Shown here: positions 41,886-52,863 of the stretch, one piece after another
Layout: each line of letters opens with the position of its first letter
Position numbering within the stretch: position 1 is the first letter of the stretch
Origin: Felis catus
Taxonomy: Eukaryota
DNA: 64,000 bases
Reading direction: 5' to 3'
Assembly (NCBI RefSeq): GCF_018350175.1
Contig: NC_058368.1
Coordinates: 219,916,001 to 219,980,000 of the forward strand
Position numbers and translations under genes: made by a program
The notes under the pieces: generated by a model
What the model was told of the DNA's origin: nothing
What the model saw: the letters and a program-made list of their open reading frames with translations, nothing else
Databases searched by the model: none

Positions 41886-43798
41886 CAAATAGGCTATATG
41901 GATACAGTCAGTTTTTTGGTTCTTGCTTTAAACAAGTTCCTGTATATAATTTATTTCTCTTTCAGCTACATAGAAAAAAGTTGAAAAGGAAACACTAGAT
42001 TAATGTTAAAGAGCAGTAGAGAAACAATGAGGTGAAAACTAAATTCTGATGCTATGGTTATGATAATAAAACCTCTTAACTTGCCACTGATGCTTAATAT
42101 TCAACTTGTGATCCCATCAAGAGTATATGTATTAATTTTCATTCTTTCTACAAAGACCACAAAGCTAGAAATTTTATTTTCTTTATTTAAATACATATGT
42201 AAGCCCCAGTTACTTTTTTTTCCATTGGTGCCAAAGAGCAGAATACTTTGTAATAACAAAAGCATTGCTATTGGGTTAGAAGATATTACATAACAATTAA
42301 GAATGTAGGATTTAGAGATGACATCTTCCAAGCTCTAGTAATAGCTAGCTGTATGGCTATGAGGAAGTTACTTAACTTCTTTAATTCTGAATTTCTTCAT
42401 ATGTAAAATGAAAACTGAAACAGTTCTTGTGTCATTTGATTGATGCAGTGATAAACTGTTTAAGAAAATGTACAATATTTAGAATAGTATCCAGTTACAC
42501 TAAGATAAAAAAAAAGTTGTAATGTATATAAGACAACATTCAAATTTATTTTCCAAATAGAAGTAAATAGTTCCATCGGAGGATTAAGTACCAGATAAAC
42601 AGAAAGACAAAATGTGTACACCAAATTGAGAAGAAATGCAGGGAAATAAGGGCTACAAAAACCCCAAAGTATTAGAATTTGGAAGAACCATAATTATGCA
42701 TATATATTTAATGTAAAATAAATCATTGTCATTCTTATATTTATTTTCACATTCCTAAATATGTGCTGAAAAATATATTACAGGGAATTCAGGCAAAAAA
42801 ATAATCTGTATACAGCATTTGAATTTAACATGAAATGTATATAGTTATAACAAAAGATAATAAAAGCCTCTAAAATTATAATTTAGACTTGATATTTAGA
42901 GTTCTTCATATTTCTGAGTTATTTAAATTCTCTTTACCATAACAACAAAGTTGTGTATTTGAAAGATACCAAAAATATGAGTACCATCTAGTGGTAAAAC
43001 AGGAGGTAAGCAGCAGGCTGTGAGAGAAAGGGGGTTAAAACAGGTGAGGGGAACAAAAAGCAGGAATAAGATTATAAGGAGGAATGAGGTTATGGCCAGA
43101 GTCAGTAAATATCAAAAAAAGAGCCCATGTCATTAGTATAATGTATATGGGATTGGATGGTAAACCACCTGAGCTGTAACAAACAGGGGACAATGTATAT
43201 CTGTCAGAACTATGCGTCTGACCACATTTCTGTTTACTGAAGACATACCTAAATTCTAGAACCCTGAAGGTTAGAGAGACTGGAGCTTAACCCCCTCACA
43301 TCAGTTCAGAGCACAAGTAATGTTGCAAAACTCTGAATCAAGACCCAAGATGGTGGAGGGGGCATGAAGGTGTGAGACTGCTGTATCATATACAGAAGCA
43401 AGCATTTGGCAAACTGTCTTGTAACAGAGTAATGGAGTTTCCACTAAGTATAACAGTAATAATTACAGAAACAACAATTTGTTTGGGAAGATACTGCTTC
43501 AGTTGTCTTAAAAATCCACATGAGAAAAACTAAAGGCTGGCCAAGAACTCAAGTTTAGTAAGACACTAAGCAAAAACACAAATTCGAGACTGTTTGGTTA
43601 TAAAATACAAACTCAACAAATAAAAGATGCTTTGCAAATTATTTAGCAATAAAAAATATTTAATATGAATGTTGTTCTAGTGGTTATGGAAATAACAAGT
43701 GTAAATATCCTAATAATGTTAAAAATCTCAAAATGTCTCAAATAAATAAAAACCCACAGAAGATGAAGACTATCTGTGCCATTTGGATATTATGAGCA

Positions 43799-43858
43799 AA
43801 GGAAGGAAGGAAGGAAGGAAGGAAGGAAGGAAGGGAGGGGAGGAAGGGAGAAATAAAG

Positions 43859-43905
<47 letters not shown>

Positions 43906-44031
43906 AAAGGAAAGGAAAGAAAGGAAACAGTGGGAGGGAGGGAGGAAGGAGGGAGGGAGGGAGAGAGGAAGGAAGGAAGGAAGGAAGGAAGGAAGGAAGG
44001 AAGGAAGGAAGGAAGGAAGGGAGGGAAGGGA

Positions 44032-44101
<70 letters not shown>

Positions 44102-44213
44102 AAAGAAAAGAAAGGAAACAGTGGGAGGGAGGGAAGGAGGAAGGAGGGAGGGATGGAGGAAGGAAGGAAGGAAGGAAGGAAGGAAGGAAGGAAGGAAGGA
44201 AGGAAGGAAGGAA
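43799..44213. repeat. Compound polypurine microsatellite (GGAA)n/(GAAA)n with a higher-order duplication
   Basis: Directly visible; unique core AAGGAAACAGTGGGAGGGA occurs at 43921 and 44112. Confidence 0.95.
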
Positions 44214-44544
44214 AATCTACACATATCAAAAAATAAAAGTATATTTTTAGCTATAGGACTAATTTTTTTCTTAGATATCTACATGCAAATGAATAGATAT
44301 GATAACAAAATTAACTTACAAACTGACACATATTACATTTACATTTTTTGAAGTCTAGGTGCCATAAATTCACAGAAAGATGTTTGTCATTTTAATAAAT
44401 TTGAGATTTCAATCTGTTTACATTGTTGAAAGTTCATAAAGGTTCAGAAGAGTTTTACTGTATGAAATTAAGCTGTAATACAGATGGATTGAAAAAAATA
44501 AAATTAAAAAGAAAAAAAAATGCTGAGAACTCTGAAATAAGCAT

Positions 44545-47394
44545 GAGGAGTTTCAGCCCAACTACAAAGTTGGAGGGCACATAGTGTCCATGAGACAGCT
44601 CTTACTTCTGATAGTAACGGCAAATTCAGGAGGTTCCTCAAACCACAGTTAAATTCAACCATTTGCCAGAAGGACTCAGAATTCACAGAAGGCTCTTTCT
44701 CTCATAGTTACAGTTTATTACAGGGAAAGGACACAGATTAAAAATCATCCAAAGGAAAAGACACATAGGAGAGAGTTCAGAAAGAATCCAAAATAGAGAT
44801 TTCACTGTCCCCTCCCTGCAGAATCAGGGCTGTGGGAGGGTATTATTCTGACAAACATTAGCAGGTCCTACTTTAATGTATTGCTTAAATATCCATAATG
44901 GTTCCCACAGGGCAGTATCCCATATGGACATCCCTGTGCTATGCAATTTTCTGTTGCCCTTCTGCCTGACCATATGACTAATCCACTGGCCACCACACTT
45001 GAGTTAGTAAAACCCAAACATAAGGGCAAACAGCATCTAATTTAACCCATTGAACTGATTTGTTTTTAGTTTCTCTAATCAAAATGACAGGCTTCTGAAC
45101 AGCATGCTGTCCATTCACCTGGAAACTGCCATCCATAGGCCAAGAAACTTTTTACTGGTGAACAAAGAGCATTGCTCAAGTGGCCCAAGCGACCATGGTA
45201 TGACCATAGCATCTAACACTTCCTCAGGAGGTTCCAAGTCACCAATGGGGGAAAAGAGGTTATCTGCTTGTGCAGATCTTCTTGTATTCCCCTGGTAGCA
45301 TGTTCTGGCATAAACCATTTCCATTTCATTATGGAACACTTACAGGCACTGTCTTCTCCATTAGAATTTCTTTGACATCACCCAAGAAAGTATAGGTTTT
45401 ATAGGTTTAAAGATTATTTTATGTCCCTCAGCCACAGAGACAGTTTTAATTATTTCTAACAGCAAGCTAGTAAATGTTGCCCAAATGGGAAATTCCAGTT
45501 CAAACCTCAGGGCTGTTGTTGGATGGCACTCACAAGCTTTTGCCATAAGGTCCAATCTGCACACCACACAAGGGTATTGTTTAGCAAGTTAACTACCTGT
45601 GAGAGTTCAGGCACTCATGGGTTTCCATTTAGTATGTCCAATTAATATTGGGGGAAGAGTAAGTTTTCATGGATTCGGTTTTAGAATACTAAGTCTATCC
45701 CCATAATACATTCAGGTAAAGGAGTTAAAAAGAAACAACATACACACACACACGCACACACACACACAGACACACACACACACTTCCCAGAATCTGTTCA
45801 AATACATAAATTTCCATCTAAACTTTCACCTTAATCCCATCAACACTTATATTCTTGCATTCTCCTAACTGTCTCTCTCATTGAAAGTGCATCAACAGAT
45901 TTTGGAACCATAATGCATGAGGCTCCTGTTTCAAGGAATCCCCAAACTTCTTTATCTCCCTGACCATTTATTTACCCACTCATATGTATGACCTAGGGTC
46001 CACAGCTAGGCTTCAGGCCAAAGGACCCAGGCTTACCTCTCAACACTTACCTTGATTAGATTACTGGACCAATGTCCCAGCATTTGGGCATTGAGTTTGT
46101 CATTGTCCCTTTGCCTATGGCTTTCTAAATTTCTTCAAACTAAGATTGCTAAGAAGATTTATTTAGTATACATCAATGTTGGGGCACCATCAGTCCATCC
46201 AGCTTCCCAGAGTACTATATTAAAATCCTATCAGCATCCACTGTATCTTATTTCTTAATAATGTTTAAAAATCTTCATCTCGTTGTGATGAAACTCTAGA
46301 ACCTTTTTTTCCCCATTCCTTTGAAAATTATTCTAGTTTTCTTCACTATATGTTATTTTAGTTCAATTTTTCCCTTTGGTAGTGACCCTGATGCCACAGG
46401 CTGATACTGTGAATGCCTAAGATCCAAGAATGACCCGCCATCAGGATCAGTCCCAACACTCTGTCTTATTTTCATTGTAGCTATTAGAGATAATAATAAC
46501 TAGGGATTACATTTATTAGTTGTTTCTCATCATTTGCATTTCCTTATGCACCAACTCCTCAGAAGTTAGACATATGATTCCTAAATTTACTTGGTACCTT
46601 TCACCTTCAGTAACTAATTGCAATACAGCTGCAATTCCATAAAATGGTGAGCCTTCTCCCCCATGGCCATCCAAGAATTACGGGTTTGTCATTCCCCACC
46701 ATTTCATCTTTTTTCATAAACCACAGCCTTCCATGAATCAGGGTCATTTTAGCAAATTCCACTTCTCAGGCCAAACTCTGCAGTTACCCAAACTGCAGAG
46801 TTTGAGGGCACACAGTCCTCCACAAGACTGTCTTCACTTCTAACACCAACTCAAATTTGAGGAATTTCAAAAAACCCCCTCAGCCTTGATAATTCTCTCA
46901 GAATTTACTGAAAGCTATTATTCTCATAGTTAACATTTAACATACAGGAAAAGGATTCAAATTAAAGTCAGCCAAAGAAAGAGACACACAGGCAGTCTTT
47001 TGTCTTTTCTCTCACTATAGAGTTAGGGCACCTTACTTTGGGAGTATCAGTATGTAAAAATGCAAACAGAGTATTACCAAACAATGAGGTTTACCTGAGC
47101 CCAGTGTCAGAGTTTTCCATTAGGGCTCTATTGGGTATTCATGATTGATTTATTGTTTCCTCATATGGTTAATCTCAGTCTTCAAGTTGATAGATACTGC
47201 ATGACCCAAAGCCTCCACCTTGTGTCCCACTGTGAGTCCTTCTGGCATGAACAACCCTGACTGTAAGAATGTAGCCTTGTGATCAGCCCCCTCCTAAACA
47301 AAAACACTCTTATCAGATGTAATCCAAACTACCTTGCAAAAGCTGAGGGCAAGTATCAGACCTCTATTGGCAAGGTCAAATTATGTACTACACA
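44545..47394 (-). mobile_element. Old, heavily deleted two-LTR ERVL-class provirus (MER21/MER77-like LTRs)
   Basis: Two homologous LTR-like blocks (about 44545-44830 and 46780-47394; shared GAGGGCACA...ACTTCT...CTCATAGTTA...GGAAAGGA...AAAGACACA). A degenerate Leu-type PBS (TGGCCTGAGAAGTGG, minus strand) lies next to the right block, and an RNase H-like MDGSFQVNGQH is at about 45104-45136. Confidence 0.6.
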
Positions 47395-47457
47395 GTAAGT
47401 CATTACCAGATTTTAGACTGAGAGTTTGGTAAAAGTTCATTTAACAAGCATATAGCA

Positions 47458-47666
47458 AGGGTGCCTGGGTGGCTCAGTCAGTTAAGTGTCCTACTTCAGC
47501 TCAGGTCATGATCTCATGGCTCATGAGTTCAAGCCTTGCATTGGGCTCACTGCTATCAGTTCAGAATCTGTTTTGGATCCTCTGTACCCCTCTCTCTTTG
47601 CCCTCCCACTCTTGCATGCTCTATCTCCCTCAAAAATAAACATTTTAAAAAATGTTAAAAAAAAAC
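47458..47666 (+). mobile_element. Can-SINE
   Basis: Head GGGGTGCCTGGGTGGCTCAG, A-rich tail. Confidence 0.88.
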
Positions 47667-47705
47667 CACATAGAATGACAAGTTTGGTTTATAATGTTGG
47701 ACTTC

Positions 47706-47925
47706 GGGGCGCCTGGGTGGCGCAGTCGGTTAACCATCCAACTTCAGCCAGGTCACGATCTCGCGGTCCGTGAGTTCGAGCCCCGCGTCAGGCTCTGGGC
47801 TGATGGTTCAGAGCCTGGAGCCTGTTTCCGATTCTGTGTCTCCCTCTCTCTCTGCCCCTCCTCCGTTCATGCTCTGTCTCTCTCTGTCCCAAAAATAAAT
47901 AAACGTTGAAAAAAATATATATATA
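47706..47925 (+). mobile_element. Can-SINE (young, CpG-rich)
   Basis: Canonical head; TSD TATAATGTTGGACTTC. Confidence 0.95.
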
Positions 47926-49417
47926 TATAATGTTGGACTTCATTCCAAGAATAACACAGCACCTTTATATCTTTACCATGATTTAAGTTTGAAGAGATTT
48001 GTATGTGTATGTAAATGCATATATATTGCATTTATTGCATATTATTGTATTTATTGTGGAAATAGATAAGGATATGATAGAAATAGAGATATTTAGATAC
48101 AAGTTTTTTTTTTTTCTCTAGTCATTCTGTACATGATTGATTTGTGGGATGTATGAGCAGAAATTGGATAGCCAATTAGGAATCCATTAGTCCACTGTAG
48201 GAATCCAAGTGAAAATGGATGGCCAGAGATGAAGAAGAATATGCACTACTGTAAGTACTATCTAAGATGAGATATAAGTGACAAGCTCTATATGAAAACA
48301 CATTAAACTGACTATAATATTATTTTGTGATTATTGTTAGAAACTGGTAAATATTGAATATTTAGAATGCCATCAAAGAAGTATAATGTCCTAGATAATG
48401 GGATTAGAGTTAAAATGGAAAAATGATTATGGTAAGGATAGTTACCACTAGAGAAGTTAGTCTAAAAAAGTATGCATGTGTTTTATATAGGGAAGAGCTA
48501 ATTTCATAGGAAGCCTATACCCATCTGCACACAAACCAAAATGGCAGAAAGTACATGCCATCCCTCACATCAATGGGAAAAGTTTATATTATTGTAGGGC
48601 AAGAATGGCAATGGAGCAAGGAAGGCTGGGAAAACATGCTTGTCTTATCAAGGCTTGATAGACAGTTAATGGCTACACCAAGCATCTGAACTTTTAAAGC
48701 TATCAATAGTGGCAGTACATGTGATGATCATAAAATGTGGGTTAGGGTTTGATGTCAGAGACAGCAATGAAAGCAAAAACTCAGAACAGATGAAAAAAAT
48801 CATGAATTTTGTTGAAATTGAAGAGATTGTTTCTTGGACCGGATAGGTGTGATCAGAAAGAATTAGGAAATCACAGAAAAAGAAAGACAAAGCATAGGTT
48901 TTTTGAAATAAGCAAAGTCATTTTAGACCCTGGCCATCTGGTAGTTTATGCCTTACCAGCATTACTTGCCCAAAGTACACTTCTTGTATAATTTATTAGG
49001 TTATGTTGGAATTGCAGAAGAATAGACCTCAGTCGTTAATGATTTTAAGGGAACAAAAGAATGTAAGAATAAACATCCATGATCAGGCCAGGAGATAGCC
49101 TAATCATATTAGGGACAATAAATCAGTGATAAAACTTCCAATACTGATTCAAAAGTAAAGATTGACTTGATGCACATCCTTGAGTTATCCTTGCAGGATT
49201 TAAACCCCTTTGAGCATTCAAATTCCAGGCCAGGTAGAGCCAGTGATTGTTGATGCTGACTCTTGCCAGCCCTCACGGCCTTGATCAACAGAGATCTGAA
49301 CCTTAAGGTGACTTTTGCCCCAATTCTAAGCTGAATCCACCATTGGACAAGCCTCTTCATGAATATGTGTGAACCATTAGCTTAAAACTTTACCAGTTTT
49401 CTTGCTTGAGGAGAAAC

Positions 49418-50134
49418 TGATGAAGTTTTGGGGTAATGGTGGGGTGGTCTGGAACCAACGATCAAGAAAGAATTCTTGAAGACATCTTTGGTGCAAAAAA
49501 GGTTATTTTATTATAGCATGGAGACAGAACCCATGGGCAGAAAGAGCTGCACTGGGGTCGTGATGGGTAACTCATTATATACCCTATATATAGGTATATA
49601 GGTTGAGAGGGGGTCAGGGATAGAGTATGTTTCTAAGGAACTTTGGAACCAAGGTTTCCAGGACCTTGAGGGGCTATCTGTTGCCAGGGAAACACCATTT
49701 ATTACCATTTAATAAAACCTCAGTCATGAGACCCTTCAGATGTATATCAGGGGGCCATAAGCTTGGAGCATGATTGCCCGCATATATCTTGGAGCAGTTG
49801 AGATAAAGGAAGTAGACTATAGAATCCTCCAGGTTGGGATATGCTAAACTAAGGATCTCTTTTGCCCCTAGCAAAGTGTCATCATCAAGATAGCTGTGCA
49901 AGCCCCTAGAGGGAAGTCACACTACCAGTTACAAGGACTTGTCAATGGGCTGTAGGCAGTAAGGGAATTTAATTTTTCATTTGCTTTAGTTTCCCACATT
50001 ACCATGGCAAGCACTTAAACCTCTTTCCTTTGTTCTTGGGTAGCCAGGAATGTCCGAGGAATATCATACATATTCCATTGGAGTGTGTGGGGGTGATGTA
50101 TTTTGCCCTCAGCTTTCCCCTTGCTCCCTCATCA
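49418..50134 (-). mobile_element. Solo LTR (carnivore ERV1-like)
   Basis: Inverted termini TGATGA...TCATCA; flanks GAAAC/CAAAC (5-bp TSD with 1 mismatch); minus-strand AATAAA near 49507-49512. Confidence 0.7.
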
Positions 50135-50289
50135 CAAACAGCTTTGGGAGATACCCCTGGTATCTGGGGCAACATGGGCACAGGCAGGCACCTGCGACAG
50201 CACCAGTTCTTCTAAAGCTTATGACAGGAAATGGCTGTTTAGAAATAAGAAACCCAAATATCTGTCCAAGATTCTCCACGAACCACTTG

Positions 50290-51400
50290 TGGTAGAATAA
50301 ATATTGGCCTCAACCCTGTATTTGCAGGAATGATTAAGTTAAATCCCGTATTTGTATTCTTAATTTGAGATTAATTCATCTTGAAGTGAGAAGGTTATCC
50401 TGGCTTATCCAGGTGGACTCTGATGATCTTGAACTTTACCTGTGATCCTTGAGAAGAGTGGTGGTTAAAGAAACCCTCCACCCTTCTGTGTTCTGGTAAA
50501 TGGCTGCTCCAAAAGAATCACCTTTCCCTATGTGACTTAACTAAGACTCATAGATGCCCACCCCCAAATCCCCTCCACCCCCACTCCCATACCCCAACAT
50601 CGCCCTTGTTTACCTACACTAGGACCAGACACACCTTCTGTATTTCCATTATTTACCTCATAAATGATTAATTAAACTGTTTTGTCTTTACTCATCAATT
50701 ACAACAAATGCTTTTTACCAAACTTCAGTGGAGATTCTCTCCTGCCCCAGGTCCTGAAATTTGGCTACCCTCAGCCTGAGCCAGCACACAATCCCTCCTT
50801 AGAGGCCCCCAGCCTAAACAGTCTGGCCTCAGGGTAAAACATCCTCTGATCTACTATCCAGTCAGGCTACCCTTTTATCTCACTTCCCTACATAGGGTTC
50901 ATCCTGCTTGTTTGCTCCTCACTACAAAAGAAAAATTTTGTTTTGCCTATTTTCTGATAACACAGATTTTGAGTTCAGAGCTTTCTCCCTATTGCAGTAA
51001 TATTTCAAAGCAAGTTTCTCCTTACCTACTCCTGGACTTGTTTCTATTTTGGCAGGTCAATGTAATCACAAGGATCCTTGTAGGAGGGAGACAGTGGAGT
51101 TCAAGTTAGAGAGAAGACAGGGTGACAGAGGCAGAGGTTGATATGATGCCCTTGTAATGCATCACAATCACACAAAGCAAAACAATCAGGAAATGCAAGC
51201 CACCTCTAGAAGCTGGACAAGGTAAAAAGTGGATTCTCTCCTAGAGGCTCCAGAAGGAAGCAGACCAGCTGACACTTGAGGAAAGCCCAGTGAAATTTAT
51301 CTTGGTCTACAGAACAGTAACATAATAAATTTGTATTATTATAAGCCACTAAATTTTTGGTAGGTAATTTGTTACAGCAACGATAGGAAACTAATACCCT
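50290..51400 (+). mobile_element. MLT1-like LTR split by a second, ERV1-type LTR (about 50420-51054)
   Basis: MLT1 motif GTTATCCTGGCTTATCCAGGTGG breaks off at about 50420 and resumes at about 51055 (AATGTAATCACAAGGATCCTT), ending ATAGGAAACTAATAC; the insert looks like a MER39/MER34-type LTR. Confidence 0.55.
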
Positions 51401-51514
51401 TCTTGTGTAAATGTAAAATGACTCCATTGAGGAGGTTATTCTCCAAGGGTATGTTTAGGTTTAATTTTGTTATAATACTGCGGTCAAGAGTATTAAGCCA
51501 AACAGCACAATTTT

Positions 51515-52035
51515 TGTCGCGGCCGGCGCGACAAACACCGAGGTCAGGGTCCTGAGGGTAGGGGAATGCAAGAAAAAAAGAGAGATGAGAAAGTTTGGGA
51601 ACAGGAGGGTCCCCTGGGCTGATGGCCCAAGTGACGGCTTTATTGTTGCTGTACACAATCTTTTATAACCAGACTCTTATGGGTTAGGTCATTCTAAGAA
51701 TAAACAGGTTTCACATAATTGCTGCCCACCAAAACATTTAGTTCTGTGTTTCTTGTGCATTTTCTAGACGGGTCACAAGACCTTGTTGATAAGATTGCTA
51801 GCAAAACACAATTCCCATGTTTGTTTCTATCTGACTCGGGGTAGAAAAAGGGAGGTAGCATTACTGCCAACACCTGCAGACCACAGTCTTCAGGAATTAA
51901 CTCTCAGCCTTGACAAGGCTTTCGTATGCCCTTGAAAGTGGGGGAATGGGAGGGGGAACCACCGGGTTGGCTTGAGTCAACAGGGAACGTTGCTCGACCC
52001 GGTCTCAGCCTGGCACCGGGGCCTGGCCCCCCACA
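51515..52035 (-). mobile_element. Young solo LTR, probably betaretrovirus-like (class II)
   Basis: TG...CA termini; perfect 6-bp TSD AATTTT (51509-51514, 52036-52041); minus-strand TATAAAA at 51661-51667 closely followed by AATAAA at 51639-51644; CpGs retained. Confidence 0.85.
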
Positions 52036-52278
52036 AATTTTACAGGTTTTAAACTTAGACTTTAGAAATTAGGTATCGAATCCTGGAATAGAGAGATGTT
52101 TTAATCTAAATATGTAGGTGACTAAATATGCTAGGGGCCAATGAGAGCCTTTGAAAATTCAGGTGTAGTAAACTTGGAATTAAATCAGAAAAAGGACTAG
52201 TCAATCATAAAATAATACAAACAAGGGATGATAAAGGACCAGAAACAAAACCCATTACCAAGTAAGAAAACAAACAAC

Positions 52279-52828
52279 TGTTAGGAGCCAAGCTCCTAGG
52301 CCCTATGGAATGAGAGTTGGCGCAAAGAACCACACGGCACTCCGATTTCGGCAGAGAGTCTTTACTGGTGCACCAGGGCTCCCCAGTGTTAGAAAGCGGG
52401 AGAGCCCCAATATATGGGGTTACAGGTCTTTTATACCATTTTGAGTTACATTTGCATACAGGCTGGTGGTAGGCTCTCTGCTCGGTGGTGGTTAGGGTTG
52501 GGGGTAATTTCGTCCTGGGAAAGCTTGGGAAATGGAGTTTCTCTCGGCAGATGCAACTTGGAGCCCGGGTGCGAAGCGGCAGGGGACCTCCGGTTTGGGA
52601 GCGTAAGCAGGTTTACAGAAGCGAGATGAAAGCGGTCATCGTTATTTATGTGACAACCTGTTCCTGTCTTGCGTAGGGAAAGGTGGGGGTACAGCTCTCC
52701 CAGGGTACGGATGTCTAACTGCAGATATCCTGTTTGTCAACTGGTGGAAGTGCAAGCCCTGCAAGTGAGGCGTTACGGAACTGAAGATAGGGTGGGGGTG
52801 TGTTATTAAGCTAAGCAGGGGTCTTTCA
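52279..52828 (-). repeat. ERV-DC 3' LTR (550 bp)
   Basis: Viral sense TGAAAGACCCC...CCTAACA; identical to the 5' LTR except at 52409 and 52639. Confidence 0.98.
52361..52366 (-). terminator. Probable poly(A) signal AGTAAA in R of the 3' LTR
   Basis: The only AATAAA-like hexamer at the expected position downstream of the TATA box; no AATAAA or ATTAAA found in the LTR. Confidence 0.65.
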
Positions 52829-52845
52829 TTCCCCCATTTTCTTTT
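52829..52845 (-). other. Polypurine tract
   Basis: Viral sense AAAAGAAAATGGGGGAA immediately before the 3' LTR TG. Confidence 0.92.
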
Positions 52846-52863
52846 GGCGTCGAATGAAACCTT

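Noticed and set aside
52484..52505. Telomere-like TTAGGG / G-quadruplex in U3
   Set aside because: A single TTAGGG and mostly two-G runs; too weak to claim.
52414..52676. Duplicated 71- and 63-aa ORFs (also 60728-60990)
   Set aside because: Duplication simply reflects the two LTRs; antisense, no homology.
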